Below, one piece after another: positions 1-11,767 of a DNA stretch of 64,000 nt. The stretch comes from Macrostomum lignano. Lineage: Eukaryota. A model generated the notes under the pieces. That model saw only the letters and a program-made list of their open reading frames with translations, did not search any database and was not told the origin of the DNA. The stretch lies in contig NIVC01000645.1 in NCBI GenBank assembly GCA_002269645.1, positions 124,001 to 188,000 on the forward strand, in the 5' to 3' direction. The stretch's first letter is position 1. The number at the start of each line of letters is the position of its first letter. The translations under genes and the position numbers were made by a program.

Positions 1-728
1 TGACGCTTCTATGATTGTTTACATGACGCTTCTATGATTTTTACATGACGCTTCTATGATTTTTTAATGACGCTTCTATGATTGTTTACATGACGCTTCT
101 ATGATTTTTACATGACGCTTCTATGATTTTTAATGACGCTTCTATGATTTTTACATGACGCTTCTATGATTGTTTACATGACGCTTCTATGATTTTTACA
201 TGACGCTTCTATGATTTTTTACATGACGCTTCTATGATTTTTACATGACGCTTCTATGATTTTTACATGACGCTTCTATGATTTTTAATGACGCTTCTAT
301 GATTTTTACATGACGCTTCTATGATTTTTAATGAGCTTCTATGATTTTTACATGACGCTTCTATGATTTTTTAAATGACGCTTCTATGATTGTTTACATG
401 ACGCTTCTATGATTTTTACATGACGCTTCTATGATTTTTAATGACGCTTCTATGATTTTTACATGACGCTTCTATGATTGTTTACATGACGCTTCTATAT
501 TTTTAATGACGCTTCTATGATTTTTTACATGACGCTTCTATGATTGTTTACATGACGCTTCTATGATTTTTACATGACGCTTCTATGATTTTTAATGACG
601 CTTCTATGATTTTTACATGACGCTTCTATGATTTTTTACATGACGCTTCTATGATTTTTACATGACGCTTCTATGATTGTTTACATGACGCTTCTATGAC
701 GACTTCTATGATTTTTACATGACGCTTC
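1..728. repeat. 22-bp minisatellite (CATGACGCTTCTATGATTTTTA)n, runs off the left edge
   Basis: About 32 near-identical units visible, with TGTTTA and TTTAAT variants. Confidence 0.95.
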
Positions 729-1199
729 TTTTTAAAAAGTCTTTTAGTTTTCCTGATGTTGAAAAGCTTTAATTAAAAAAATTATACTCTATGAAAATTC
801 GAACCGTCGTCGCTGAATTTAGCAGTTCAGTTTGTTCACCTCTAGGCTAGCTCTCATCGTTTTGATAACATCAAATTTTGCACTTATATAATTCAACACT
901 TTAAAATCCAAGCATAGAGTAAATCACGTGTACGAAGCAGTTATGACATAATCAGTTTCTCAGTCAGTCAGTATCAGTTAACAATATGGTTACGCAATTT
1001 AAATCAAGTCTGGTGCTACGCTTCCACACTGCATTTTCAATTCAAGTCGGAGTTACAATTCAGTTATGATGCAATCTATTTCAGAATCAGAATTCAACCA
1101 GTCAGTTTTTTCTCTAGCATTCTTACAATGCATTTCAAGTCAAAAAGTTTGCTTGACCTTTGCAAAAAAGCATGTTTTTCGAATATTTAATGCCTTTAG

Positions 1200-1346
1200 C
1201 ATCGAGCAATTTCTTAGCCACGATGCATGTACAGTCACGGGAAAATTTCTGATCGAACAGTGCAAGTTCGAACAAAATCGGTCCAGCCATTTTTTCTCTA
1301 ATCTATCACATATATATAGACATCACATTTTTAGTATATAGGAAGG
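1200..1346 (-). mobile_element. Possible 5' end of a non-autonomous Helitron/Helentron-like element
   Basis: Minus strand reads TCCTATATACTAAAAATGTG..ATATATATG..AATGGCTGGACCGATTTTG, which resembles from memory the start of Lep1/DINE-like rolling-circle elements. It abuts the point where copy A homology stops. Not database-checked. Confidence 0.3.
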
Positions 1347-2025
1347 AAGTAAAAATAAAATCCAAATCAAATGCAATGCATAATTATAAGTAGCTACCTT
1401 ACCTTACAAATGCAATAATTCATGTTTTTAAAGATTTCTTATGTTTATTAGTTATTGATTCATGATTTCTTAACATAAAAAGCCCTTTTGGTACAACTAA
1501 TTGTTGGGGCTAAGGTAAAAAGAGCAATAGATCAAAAAGTCAACAGTCAGAATGGTAATAGTCAAAAGGATGACAATCATAATATTATTATAATTACAAG
1601 TGCACATTTGACTTCTATATATTTAAAATTTATTTGTTAATGTTGAAATGTATAAATAGTTAAAATTAGGCCTAGACTTATGTGTGCATATTTGTTAACT
1701 TTTATAAATTTTACAAGTAGTAATAATATAAATTTGCAATCTATTTTATGATTTTATAAAAAGTTAGTATATAAATAAACAACTGGAATACAAGCCACTC
1801 CAGTAACAGCCACTTTAGTAACAAAGTAGATTTACAACTATTAATACTATATTTCTGTGGTAATTAAATTTAGTAACACTTAGTTTATTAATTAATATCT
1901 CAAATATTGTATTTCCATATATAGTTTAATGTTCTAGTAAGTTGTATTATAATTTGTTTAAACTTGTGCATTAGGCCTAACTTTATGATAAATTTGAAGG
2001 CAAAGAAAATTAAGCTAAGTCTCTA

Positions 2026-3465
2026 TATGTGAGTGTTCCTTGACAGATTCCTTGATAGATATGAAATAATGTTTTGAGATGCATTCTTTACTCTGACGCC
2101 GTATTTAGTTTTAAAATTTTGTAGACAAAAAATTTGTCTTCAAGAAAAAAACATTGGTACGAATGCAAAGTGTGTCAAAACAATTTTATTATGCATTCCT
2201 TACAAAAAAATTCTCAGGCCAAAGAACTTATGAAGTAATGGTGGCAATGAATTTTTTGTCAGTTTCTGATGCATGTCTCAGCTTTGCAGTGACATCTTAG
2301 ACATATATTTGACTTTTGTATTTCCGGGATATCTGCTTCCAAAGTGTGCTTTTTATAAGTCATGCATCATCCGTACAAAGACCAACCAAAACTTTGACTT
2401 ATCGCTTCATCTCTATGCTTCAATCATTTGCTCTGAAACTTCTATCACTTCTTGACACATGTCTCAGCTTTGCAATGACATCTTAGACACATGTCTGACC
2501 TTTGTATTTCCTGAGATATCTGCTTCCAAAGTGTGCTTTTTGTAAGTCATGCATCATCTGTACCAAGACCAACCAAAACTTTGACTTATTGCTTCGTCTC
2601 TATGCTTCAATCATTTGCTCTGAAACTTCTATCACTTCTTGACACGTCTCAGATTTGCAATGACATCTTAAATACATGTCTGACTTTTATATTTCCTGGG
2701 ATATCTGTTTCTAAAATGTGTGTTCCGTGGGTTATTTCTATATCTCTCGCTGCATCTTTTGCTTGCATACTACGAGACACGCAATCAAACACATTATTGG
2801 TTTGCATATTTCTTGAGATATTTTCTAAGCTTTTGGGTTCAAAATGACACCTTAAGTACATAGAGTCACCTAGCTTTTTTGTGTTATTCATGAACAATGT
2901 CTGTTTCTTGGCAAATTTGGTGGCAAAAAGTTACTGTCAACATAAGTTTATTGTAAAGTAGTTTCTCAAAACAATTAATAATAACTTATTAGAAACAACT
3001 GTATTTGTGTAAATGTCTTGTACTATGTATAGATAATTGCAATTAGTATTGTAGTTGAGGGGAAAGGACAAAGGTCAAAGTTTTGGTTGGTCTTGGTATG
3101 GATGATGCATGACTTATAAAAAGCACACTTTGGAAGCAGATATCCTGGGAAATACAAAAGTCAAACATGTGTCTCAGATGTCACTGCAAAGCTGAGACAT
3201 GTGTCAGAAAATGACAAAAAATTCATTGCTACTGTTACTTCATAAGTTCTTTGGCATGAGATTTTTTTATAAGGAATGCATGATAAAATTTGTTTTGACA
3301 CACTTTGTATTTGTACCAATGTTTTTCTTTAAGACATTAAATTTTTGTCTACAAAATTTTAAAACTAAATACAACGTCTAAGTAAAGAATGCATCTCGAA
3401 ACATTAAATCATTTTGTTTGAATTCTGTTCAAATGTGAAAATATCTGTTGGGGAACCCTCACATA
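2026..3465. mobile_element. Foldback-type element with ~370-bp imperfect TIRs and 7-bp TSD GTCTCT(A/G)
   Basis: Termini TATGTGAG...CTCACATA. Arms 2026-2398 and 3073-3465 are reverse complements. Internal 186-bp tandem units. TSD 2019-2025 (GTCTCTA) and 3466-3472 (GTCTCTG). Confidence 0.8.
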
Positions 3466-3726
3466 GTCTCTGAGCCTGCAAAGTGTATATTGAAATTAAA
3501 CATTTAAAATAATTTATGAAAAAAGTAGATTCCATAATTTTAAGTCACTATTCGCTAACTTAGAGATTCTTATGTATACAATATTTGGTCAATTACAAGA
3601 TGTCTCAGTGCATGCATTTGAGTAATCCGGAAATTAAGTAGGTTAGTTTAAAACACTTTTAAATAAACAAGTTTAACAAATGCACATATGCATGTGTTTT
3701 TTTAAGTTTGTGTGCATATTCTTTTG

Positions 3727-4558
3727 CAGTGTGGGGCACCAGTCCATTAATAAGCATTAATGCATTAAAAAGCATTAATAAGTGTTAAGATTTTTCATTA
3801 ACATTAACAGAATGCTGTTAAGATTTTTTTAAACTAATGGATTAACAAATTTGCATTAATAATTTTGTGATGTAATGACAAATTCATTGTTAATGTTAAT
3901 GACAATGTCAATGACCAACAGCACAAAAAAAGAACAAAAATATAAGTCTGAAGAGAAGTTACAATATTACAGATATATTTGAATTTACCTAATTGCCCAA
4001 TTAATTTCTATTTATGATGATGATCATGCAAATATAATAACTTCTTACTAATGAACTTTAATAATGAATTAAAATTGTGAACTTGCATATGAGCATCAAT
4101 CGCTTATGATTCACTTCTCTCCCAATCTTTCATAACTTTTTGCTGCACCTGCTAATGAAACAACTTTCCTATTTATATTTTATTAACTAATTAGCTTTCA
4201 AGTTTAAAAAAATAAGTTAATTCTTTAACCATATGCTTACCCTTAGTAGTATTATACATACAAGTTTTTTAAAATTATTATTCATTATTTTTGAGTTTGT
4301 AAATTGCTTAAATGCCCTCTGTGTTTCGCTAAAAAGATAGAAAAGCAGACAGTGTATTTTGAAGTCTGTTTTGGAAAAAAAGTGCAAGATTTCTGTATTT
4401 TCTATGTTAAATTTAATTGATTAATGCTTTTTAATGACTATCAGTTAACTTTAACAAAATTAAGAGTTAATAAATTAAGATTTTCTTGTTTTAATGCTAA
4501 TGCTTTTGCCATTAATGGAAGTTAAGATTTTCATTAATGGTGATGGTGCCCAACACTG
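3727..4558. mobile_element. hAT-type MITE, 8-bp TSD TTCTTTTG
   Basis: TIR CAGTGTGGGGCACCA / TGGTGCCCAACACTG (14/15 match). Perfect 8-bp TSD on both sides. Dense subterminal CATTAA/TTAATG motifs. Confidence 0.88.
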
Positions 4559-5842
4559 TTCTTTTGGAACATATCAATTAATACATATTGTTCATACTTG
4601 TTACCAAAGTGGCTGTTACTGAAATGGACTGCTATCAACAACTGTATTTTTGGCATCGTTTTTTATTTATATTGGCATAAAATTAAAAAACTAAATTTTT
4701 ACTCTAGCATATGTCCATCATGATCTAGACTATAGTATATGTATATATATTATTGCATTTTAAATAATTGACTCTTCTAGGCTTAAGTATATAAAATATT
4801 ATTGTTGTTCATTATTAAAGATTTTAACTCTTTCTAGAGCTATATGCTTTAACTATTATTTTTTTTATTTATAAAACCTACTAAATTTTGTTAAATCTAA
4901 GTAGGGATAAGGTAGAATCCCATTCAACCCAAAAAATTGATATAACCTTTAATCAAAGCATATAAGGTTATTAAACTTACTTATAATCCTATTAAAGGCA
5001 TAGCAGCTTAGTGTTAAATATATTAGACTATTAGGCCATAACCTTTTAGTATGATTTTATAGCTAATAGTCAGCAATCAATATGTATAGCCATATTAATG
5101 CTCAGCTTGTATGAATGAAAATGCACTAGTGGTTGCAATGTAACTCAGAACCATGATGGCCAAAGCACAGATAGTTTATATGATTGACAATGAGAAAATG
5201 AAGGCTGGTATATACCTTGTGTATGAGTATATGTCTGTATACAATATTTATTGGCTTGTATATGCTCAAGGATGGGCAAAATAGGCAGAATTGCCTTAGC
5301 ACTAGTTGTGGGACACAATGTCACTAAGGAATTGTGGCAGGGTGCCTATTCGAAAACTCTGTCATTCAAATTGAAGAAACTCACTTAGCATACTACTTCA
5401 TACACTGCAGCTAGCATGCTTTGACAAGCCATGCCACTTGCTGGGCTAGGAGTTCTGTACATGGTGCCGCATCACCTCCTGAGACCATAGAAGAATTGAG
5501 TAGTGCTGCTCTAGGAGGGCCCCTATGCAGACTGCACTCAAGCGACGCTCTCTGAGTTTCAATTCCTCCTCAGCCAGGTCCTCGCCGCGACCCAGCAGGC
5601 TGCGAAATCCTCTCGGATTTCTGACAATGTCCCCGGGACTGCCCAGTGTGGACGAGAACCTGTTCTACATGCGCAAGGTGAGTGTCCGGTTATGAATTTA
5701 TGTATATTGATGCTTTCCATTGGTTGACCTTTTCAAGTAGGGTCAGTATAGTAATGTGGGTATTATTGACATATCTGACTCCCCATGCGCCGGTTAAAGT
5801 TATATAGCTATTAGAATTAATAAATAGATGACGCCAATATAA

Positions 5843-7476
5843 ACTGACACCAATTCAGACACTACTGACACCAATTCAGACACAACTGACACAAATTCAG
5901 ACACAACTGACACCAATTCAGACACAACTGACACAAATTCAGACACAACTGACGCAAATTCAGACACTACTGACACAAATTCAGACACTACTGACACAAA
6001 TTCAGACACTACTGACACCAATTCAGACACTACTGACACAAATTCAGACACTACTGACACCAATTCAGACACTCCTGACACCAATTCAGACACTACTGAC
6101 ACAAATTCAGACACTACTGACACAAATTCAGACACTACTGACACAAATTCAGACACAACTGACGCAAATTCAGACACAACTGACGCAAATTCAGACACTA
6201 CTGACACAAATTCAGACACTACTGACACAAATTCAGACACTACTGACACCAATTCAGACACTACTGACACAAATTCAGACACTACTGACACCAATTCAGA
6301 CACTCCTGACACCAATTCAGACACTACTGACACAAATTCAGACACTACTGACACAAATTCAGACACTACTGACACAAATTCAGACACTACTGACACAAAT
6401 TCAGACACTACTGACACATATTCAGACACTACTGACACCAATTCAGACACTCCTGACACTAATTCAGACACTACTGACACCAATTCAGACACTACTGACA
6501 CCAATTCAGACACTACTGACACCAATTTAGACACTCCTGACACCAATTAAGACACTACTGACACAAATTCAGACACTACTGACACAAATTCAGACACTAC
6601 TGACACCAATTCAGACACTACTGACACAAATTCAGACACTACTGACACAAATTCAGACACTACTGACACAAATTCAGACACTACTGACACAAATTCAGAC
6701 ACTACTGACACCAATTCAGACACTCCTGACACCAATTCAGACACTACTGACACATATTCAGACACTACTGACACATATTCAGACACTACTGACACAAATT
6801 CAGACACTACTGACACAAATTCAGACACTACTGACACAAATTCAGACACTACTGACACAAATTCAGACACTACTGACACATATTCAGACACTACTGACAC
6901 CAATTCAGACACTCCTGACACTAATTCAGACACTACTGACACATATTCAGACACTACTGACACCAATTCAGACACTACTGACACCAATTTAGACACTCCT
7001 GACACCAATTAAGACACTACTGACACAAATTCAGACACTACTGACACAAATTCAGACACTACTGACACCAATTCAGACACTACTGACACAAATTCAGACA
7101 CTACTGACACAAATTCAGACACTACTGACACAAATTCAGACACTACTCACACAAATTCAGACACTACTGACACAAATTCAGACACTACTGACACAAATTC
7201 AGACACTACTGACACAAATTCAGACACTACTGACACAAATTCAGACACTACTCACACAAATTCAGACACTACTGACACAAATTCAGACACTACTCACACA
7301 AATTCAGACACTACTGACACAAATTCAGACACTACTGACACAAATTCAGACACTACTGACACAAATTCAGACACTACTCACACAAATTCAGACACTACTG
7401 ACACAAATTCAGACACTACTCACACAAATTCAGACACTACTGACACAAATTCAGACACTACTGACACCAATTCAGA
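5843..7476. repeat. 21-bp minisatellite (AATTCAGACACTACTGACAC(A/C))n, ~77 units, intron 1 of copy A
   Basis: Direct inspection. Source of the SVVSEFV-repeat ORFs. Confidence 0.97.
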
Positions 7477-8033
7477 AGCAGAGCCGAATTCGTGTCTCTA
7501 GCAGTCAAAATTTGCTTGTGGAATTCACAGATGCCCGACAGTCTTCACTGCAGCACCTGGACCACGCGAGCTGCTTGCGACAGACAAATCTCCTGCTTTC
7601 ATTTTGCTATGTTGCCAGCGCATTGAACTTGGCTAACCAGTTCAAATAGTTTTATCACGTTGTGCTTTTCTCTCTAATACACCCGCGTAATTTCGCTAAC
7701 GCATAAATAACTACCAATTCGAGTTTTGATAGAATTCAACTTTCGGTTGAAAAATTGGTCCAAAAATATCGATTTCTTATCTGTGGACTGATTGAATAAC
7801 TACTATAATAATAATTTAGTTCACTCTTATTACTATTTAATCTGTTATAATATTATTCACAGTATCGCGCAGTCAGTGCCGTGTCTCGGTTTGTGCATTT
7901 CTGTTCTGACTTAATAATCTGCTTCACCCATAGCTGGTCAGGTTGTTTTTCAACTTGTGGTTGAATCCTGCACTTGGTGTTTTAGCAGTTTATGGCCTCT
8001 TTGCTACTTTTTTCGGGAGCTTTTAGAAGTCCC

Positions 8034-8600
8034 CCGATATGCATCGAAATATTTCTTTAAAAACAGTACAATGTTGTAGTTGTACTATGGTACAAAATTA
8101 TGGCGATATGTATGGATAAGGCTATGATTTTATTTGCTATGCATAGTATTCATGTAGCAGTATGTCGATATGTATCGATGACTTTGGTTAGGTGTAGTAT
8201 AAAACAGTGCGCCGATATGTTTCGAAAACCAACAATTTTCATGGTTATTTATTGGGTGCAACATTTTGCCGATATGTACCGATAAGACTTTTTGTTCGGT
8301 TAGGTGTAGTATACAACAGTATGCCGATATGTATCGAAAACCAACAATTTCATGGTTATTCACTGGGTGCAAAAGTGAATAGGCAATAGACATATCGACA
8401 GTATTCCGATATGTATCGAAAACCTACAAAATTTTTATAATTAGATATTGGGTGCAACACTTTGCCGATATGTACCGATGACTTTTTGTTTGGTTAGGTG
8501 TAGTATACAACAGTGTGCCGATATGTATCGAAAACCAACAATTTTAATGGTTATATATATTGGGTCAGGGTGCAACAGAATGCCGATATGTATCGAAAAA
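8034..8600 (+). repeat. Degenerate dimeric repeat carrying ~10 copies of GCCGATATGTATCGA
   Basis: Motif at about 8034, 8102, 8164, 8211, 8268, 8323, 8406, 8464, 8517 and 8582. Copy at 17490-18056. Confidence 0.9.
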
Positions 8601-8882
8601 AACATATGACTTCCAGGGCACCAACGGTTTTGAGGAGCTCAAACGCTACATCAAGCAGGGCAACGACCTGTGCAAGGATCTGGCCGCTGTTCTGAACGAG
8701 CGATGCGAACTTGAGCAGAATTATGCTCGCAGTTTGAGCAAAATCAGCCAAAAGATGAGCAAAGTGGCCTCTACCTGCGCTGGGTGAGTTTTATGAGACA
8801 ATTTCTTTGTCTCCCCTGATGAATTTTCCCGGAATTCTGCTGATTGATGCCCCCCAATCTGGGTCTCCATCGCCCGCAGCAC

Positions 8883-11767
8883 GCTTCGCTCGCTTCGCTC
8901 CTCGTTGGCAATTTTTCCGGACAAACGAGACCGAGATAAGATGTCCCGGAGACTCCCCCAACGTAAAATCAACGTTTTAGAAAATAAAATTGATGCAGAG
9001 TTAAAACCACTTGAGATGAAACCATGTGTGACCCCTCTATGGACGTAAAACATTTAGGGCTACAAGATGTGTGACGTGAAAGTTCCATAGCAACGCGTCT
9101 TGGTTGCCATGGCAACAAAAAAGTGACTTTTTTTAGACCCGTCCAAATCTTGAATCTCAAAAAATAAGGATTCACAATATGGAGTCAAAAATTGATTGAA
9201 CCCAACTTTTGGCGAATTTTCAGACCTTCAAGACACTGATTGGTTATTTTCCGCTAAATGCTTACCTTGATAGGTAATTCTGTAAAAGTGTGTTTTTTAA
9301 GTGTCAAAAAATGCGCATTTTTATCAACTTTCAACTGACGCAGCTCAAAGGTCGCGCGTCAGCGCGACCTTTGAGCTGCGTCATTCTAACAATGGCACCT
9401 GGGACTCTTACATGACGCACGACTTTAACCAAGATACTCACTTTAACTGTACATTCGCACCTGTTAATTACATTCGAATATTCGACGGGTAGGTATTCGA
9501 ACCGAAATAAAGGAAATTCAACCTTGTTGCGAGACTCTAAAAAGTACATGAATGCGGTCATTTAGGTAAGATCTACATGTTTATAATACATTTTGAGCCG
9601 TTTCGTTGCACTGACTCTGAGCCATACACTGCTAAAGTCGATAAACGTGATTTAGGCTATTTTTATGTATTTTTCATGATACAAATGTACAAAAAATAAG
9701 AAACGACGACATGCTAGGAAAATCAGACTTTTTAGGCAAGGTGCACAACTAAATTGCGCACAATATGTATATTTTGAAATTTCGTCTTAGTTTATTGAAG
9801 TCGCTGCCGGTACAGAAATGTACTTTAACGACGGTACGGGGGGCTTGCATATCGAACATACTTTTTAGCCTGTAACTTTTGAGCGGATTACCGGAGCGCG
9901 ACGCGCTTGGTGTCATTGAACTACATTTTAGATGTACTTTAATTTGAATGTATGTTCGCTGTCATTGCACGATGCGTTGTACACCTCAGGTCAGGTCACG
10001 TGACTTGCTGGAAATGAAATAATGACTTTGTACCTATACTAAGGATAGGTGAAGCGTAAGAATGAACCAAAATTTGTACTTATTAGAAACACCTAGATGA
10101 CTACTGTCAGAAAAAATGATATTCACGTCTGTCAGTTGCAAAATTTTGTTATAATTGACTTTTAAAATCGAAAAACGTGATTTTGTGCAAAAACAACCTA
10201 TATGAGCACACATAGGGTGAAAAATTTATTGATTTTCGCTATGAGGTTCTTAGCTTCCAAGAGCACTATTGTGCCCAGTAAACACGTACAGATGACTGCT
10301 ATCTTCGTTAGTGTGCGAAAATTCGTATTTTTACGCTAATAACATTTACCGAATTACGAGGTTCCGGTGTTATGCGTTTTTTTGCTATATTTCACGCTGC
10401 CATTTATTAACGATGCTACGCCAGGCCTTCAGTGTGGTGTCAATAGTTAGCATTTAAAAAGTGCTTTAATTTGAGTGTATGTTCGCTGGCATTGCACGAT
10501 GCGTTGTACACCTCAGGCCAGGTCACGTGACTTGCTGGAAATGAAATAATGACTTTGTACCTATACTAAGGATAGGTGAAGCATAAGAATGACCCATATT
10601 AGTACTTATTAGAAACATCTAGATGAATACTCTCAGAAAAAGTGACATTCACGTCTGTCAGTTGCAAAAAAAATTTTTAATTGACTCTCAAAATCGAAAA
10701 ACGTGATTTTGTGCAAAAACAACCCATTTGAGCACTACATAGGGCGGAAAATATATTAATTTTCGCTTTGAGGTTCTTAGCTTCCAAGAGCACTATTGTG
10801 CCCAGTAAACACGTACAGATGACTGCCATCTTCGTTAGTGTGCGAAAATTCGTAGTTTGACGCTATTAACATTTTACCGAATTACGAGGTTCCGGTACTA
10901 TGCGTTTTTTTGCTATATTTCACGCTGCCATTTATTAACTATCCTACGCCAGGCCTTCAGTGTAGTGTCAATAAATAGCATTTAGCAAGTGCTTTAAGAT
11001 GACATCATGCGCATTGCGTTGCGTAAAAGTGTGGGTCCACAGTTTCGTAACAAGTTAAAATGACCTGATTTCGCAAAAATCTTTAAAACAAAAAATACCA
11101 AATAGGTAACTAAAAAGCCTTTTGAAACTGAATAAAAAATGCACATAAAAGTGCTATTTTGTAACGTAAAAAGTCTTGCGTCCTGCAAAAATCTTCTATG
11201 GTGACTTTTTGGAGCCGTGAAGTGTAAAAACGTGCGCATTTTTAAAGCTGTTGAACTTACTTTTTGAGGTATATTTTGAAAATAGGCATTTTATAAATTG
11301 TATAACAAAATTTAATTGAAGAAAGCAATAAGGTAAAATAGAATTCGAAATTATTTAATTTTGAAATAATTAAACTGTACATTTCAGTACATAAATCATT
11401 TATAGTGCAGTTTATTGAGCTTTAAAAAAATCTTAAATTCAATTTATATAAGCTTTAATTTTAAATGTAATATAGCAAGGTTTCAACACAACAACAACTT
11501 TTTTTTAGCTACAGACATCTTGTAGTACCAAAAATTAACATCGGTGAAATGATTGAATTTGAATTTTTTCATCGCTAATTATCGCTTAATACCGCCAGAT
11601 GATTAAAAAACACTTTTGCATGATAAAGTTTAACCCAAAAATTATCTTTATTCACAGATAAAAGTGTCCTATTATTTTCAATATGGCAGTAACAATAGTA
11701 AATGTTCGGAAAATTGTTAAAATTTTTGCTCCTCCTAGAATTTGCGAACGACCCTTCGGTCCGTTAG
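8883..11767. mobile_element. Unclassified non-autonomous element at the duplication junction
   Basis: Begins exactly where copy A stops. 11/13 subterminal inverted repeat (8902-8914 vs 11739-11751), shared direct core CTTCG(C/G)TCC at both ends, terminal hairpin 11747-11765. No TSD and no transposase ORF found. Confidence 0.5.
9937..10997. repeat. Two diverged tandem copies of a ~527-bp unit inside the junction element
   Basis: AATTTGA(A/G)TGTATGTTCGCTG...GTGCTTTAA at ~9941 and ~10468. Confidence 0.92.

Larger units (their letters stand above)
1786..4636. mobile_element. Non-autonomous TIR DNA transposon (outer layer of nest), 8-bp TSD AACAACTG
   Basis: TSD at 1778-1785 and 4637-4644. 39-bp imperfect TIRs whose inner 24 bp (CAGTAACAGCCACTTT(A/G)GTAACAA) have 1 mismatch. 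About 560 bp after removing the nested inserts. Confidence 0.7.
1347..8882 (+). repeat. Segmental duplication copy A (upstream region plus exons 1-2 of the nostrin-like gene)
   Basis: Near-identical to 12232-18338, from AAGTAAAAATAAAATCC to CCCGCAGCAC. Scattered SNPs, one 186-bp indel and a large VNTR length difference. Confidence 0.97.
5525..9048 (+). pseudogene. Truncated duplicate of the nostrin-like gene: exon 1 5525-5677, exon 2 8617-8783, chimeric exon 8880-9048
   Basis: Exons and splice sites are intact copies of those at 16218-16370 and 18073-18239. Homology ends 3 nt into exon 3, and the frame continues 55 codons to TAA at 9046-9048. Confidence 0.75.

Noticed and set aside
2273-3381. 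Short ORFs in the foldback element (and paralogs at 13226-14074) as a transposase
   Set aside because: 60-104 aa, AT-rich, derived from internal repeats, with no DDE or zinc-finger motifs.
5800-7008. 248-aa and 153-aa SVVSEFV-repeat ORFs (and 16493-16924)
   Set aside because: Translations of an intronic 21-bp VNTR, antisense to the host gene, with length differing between paralogs.
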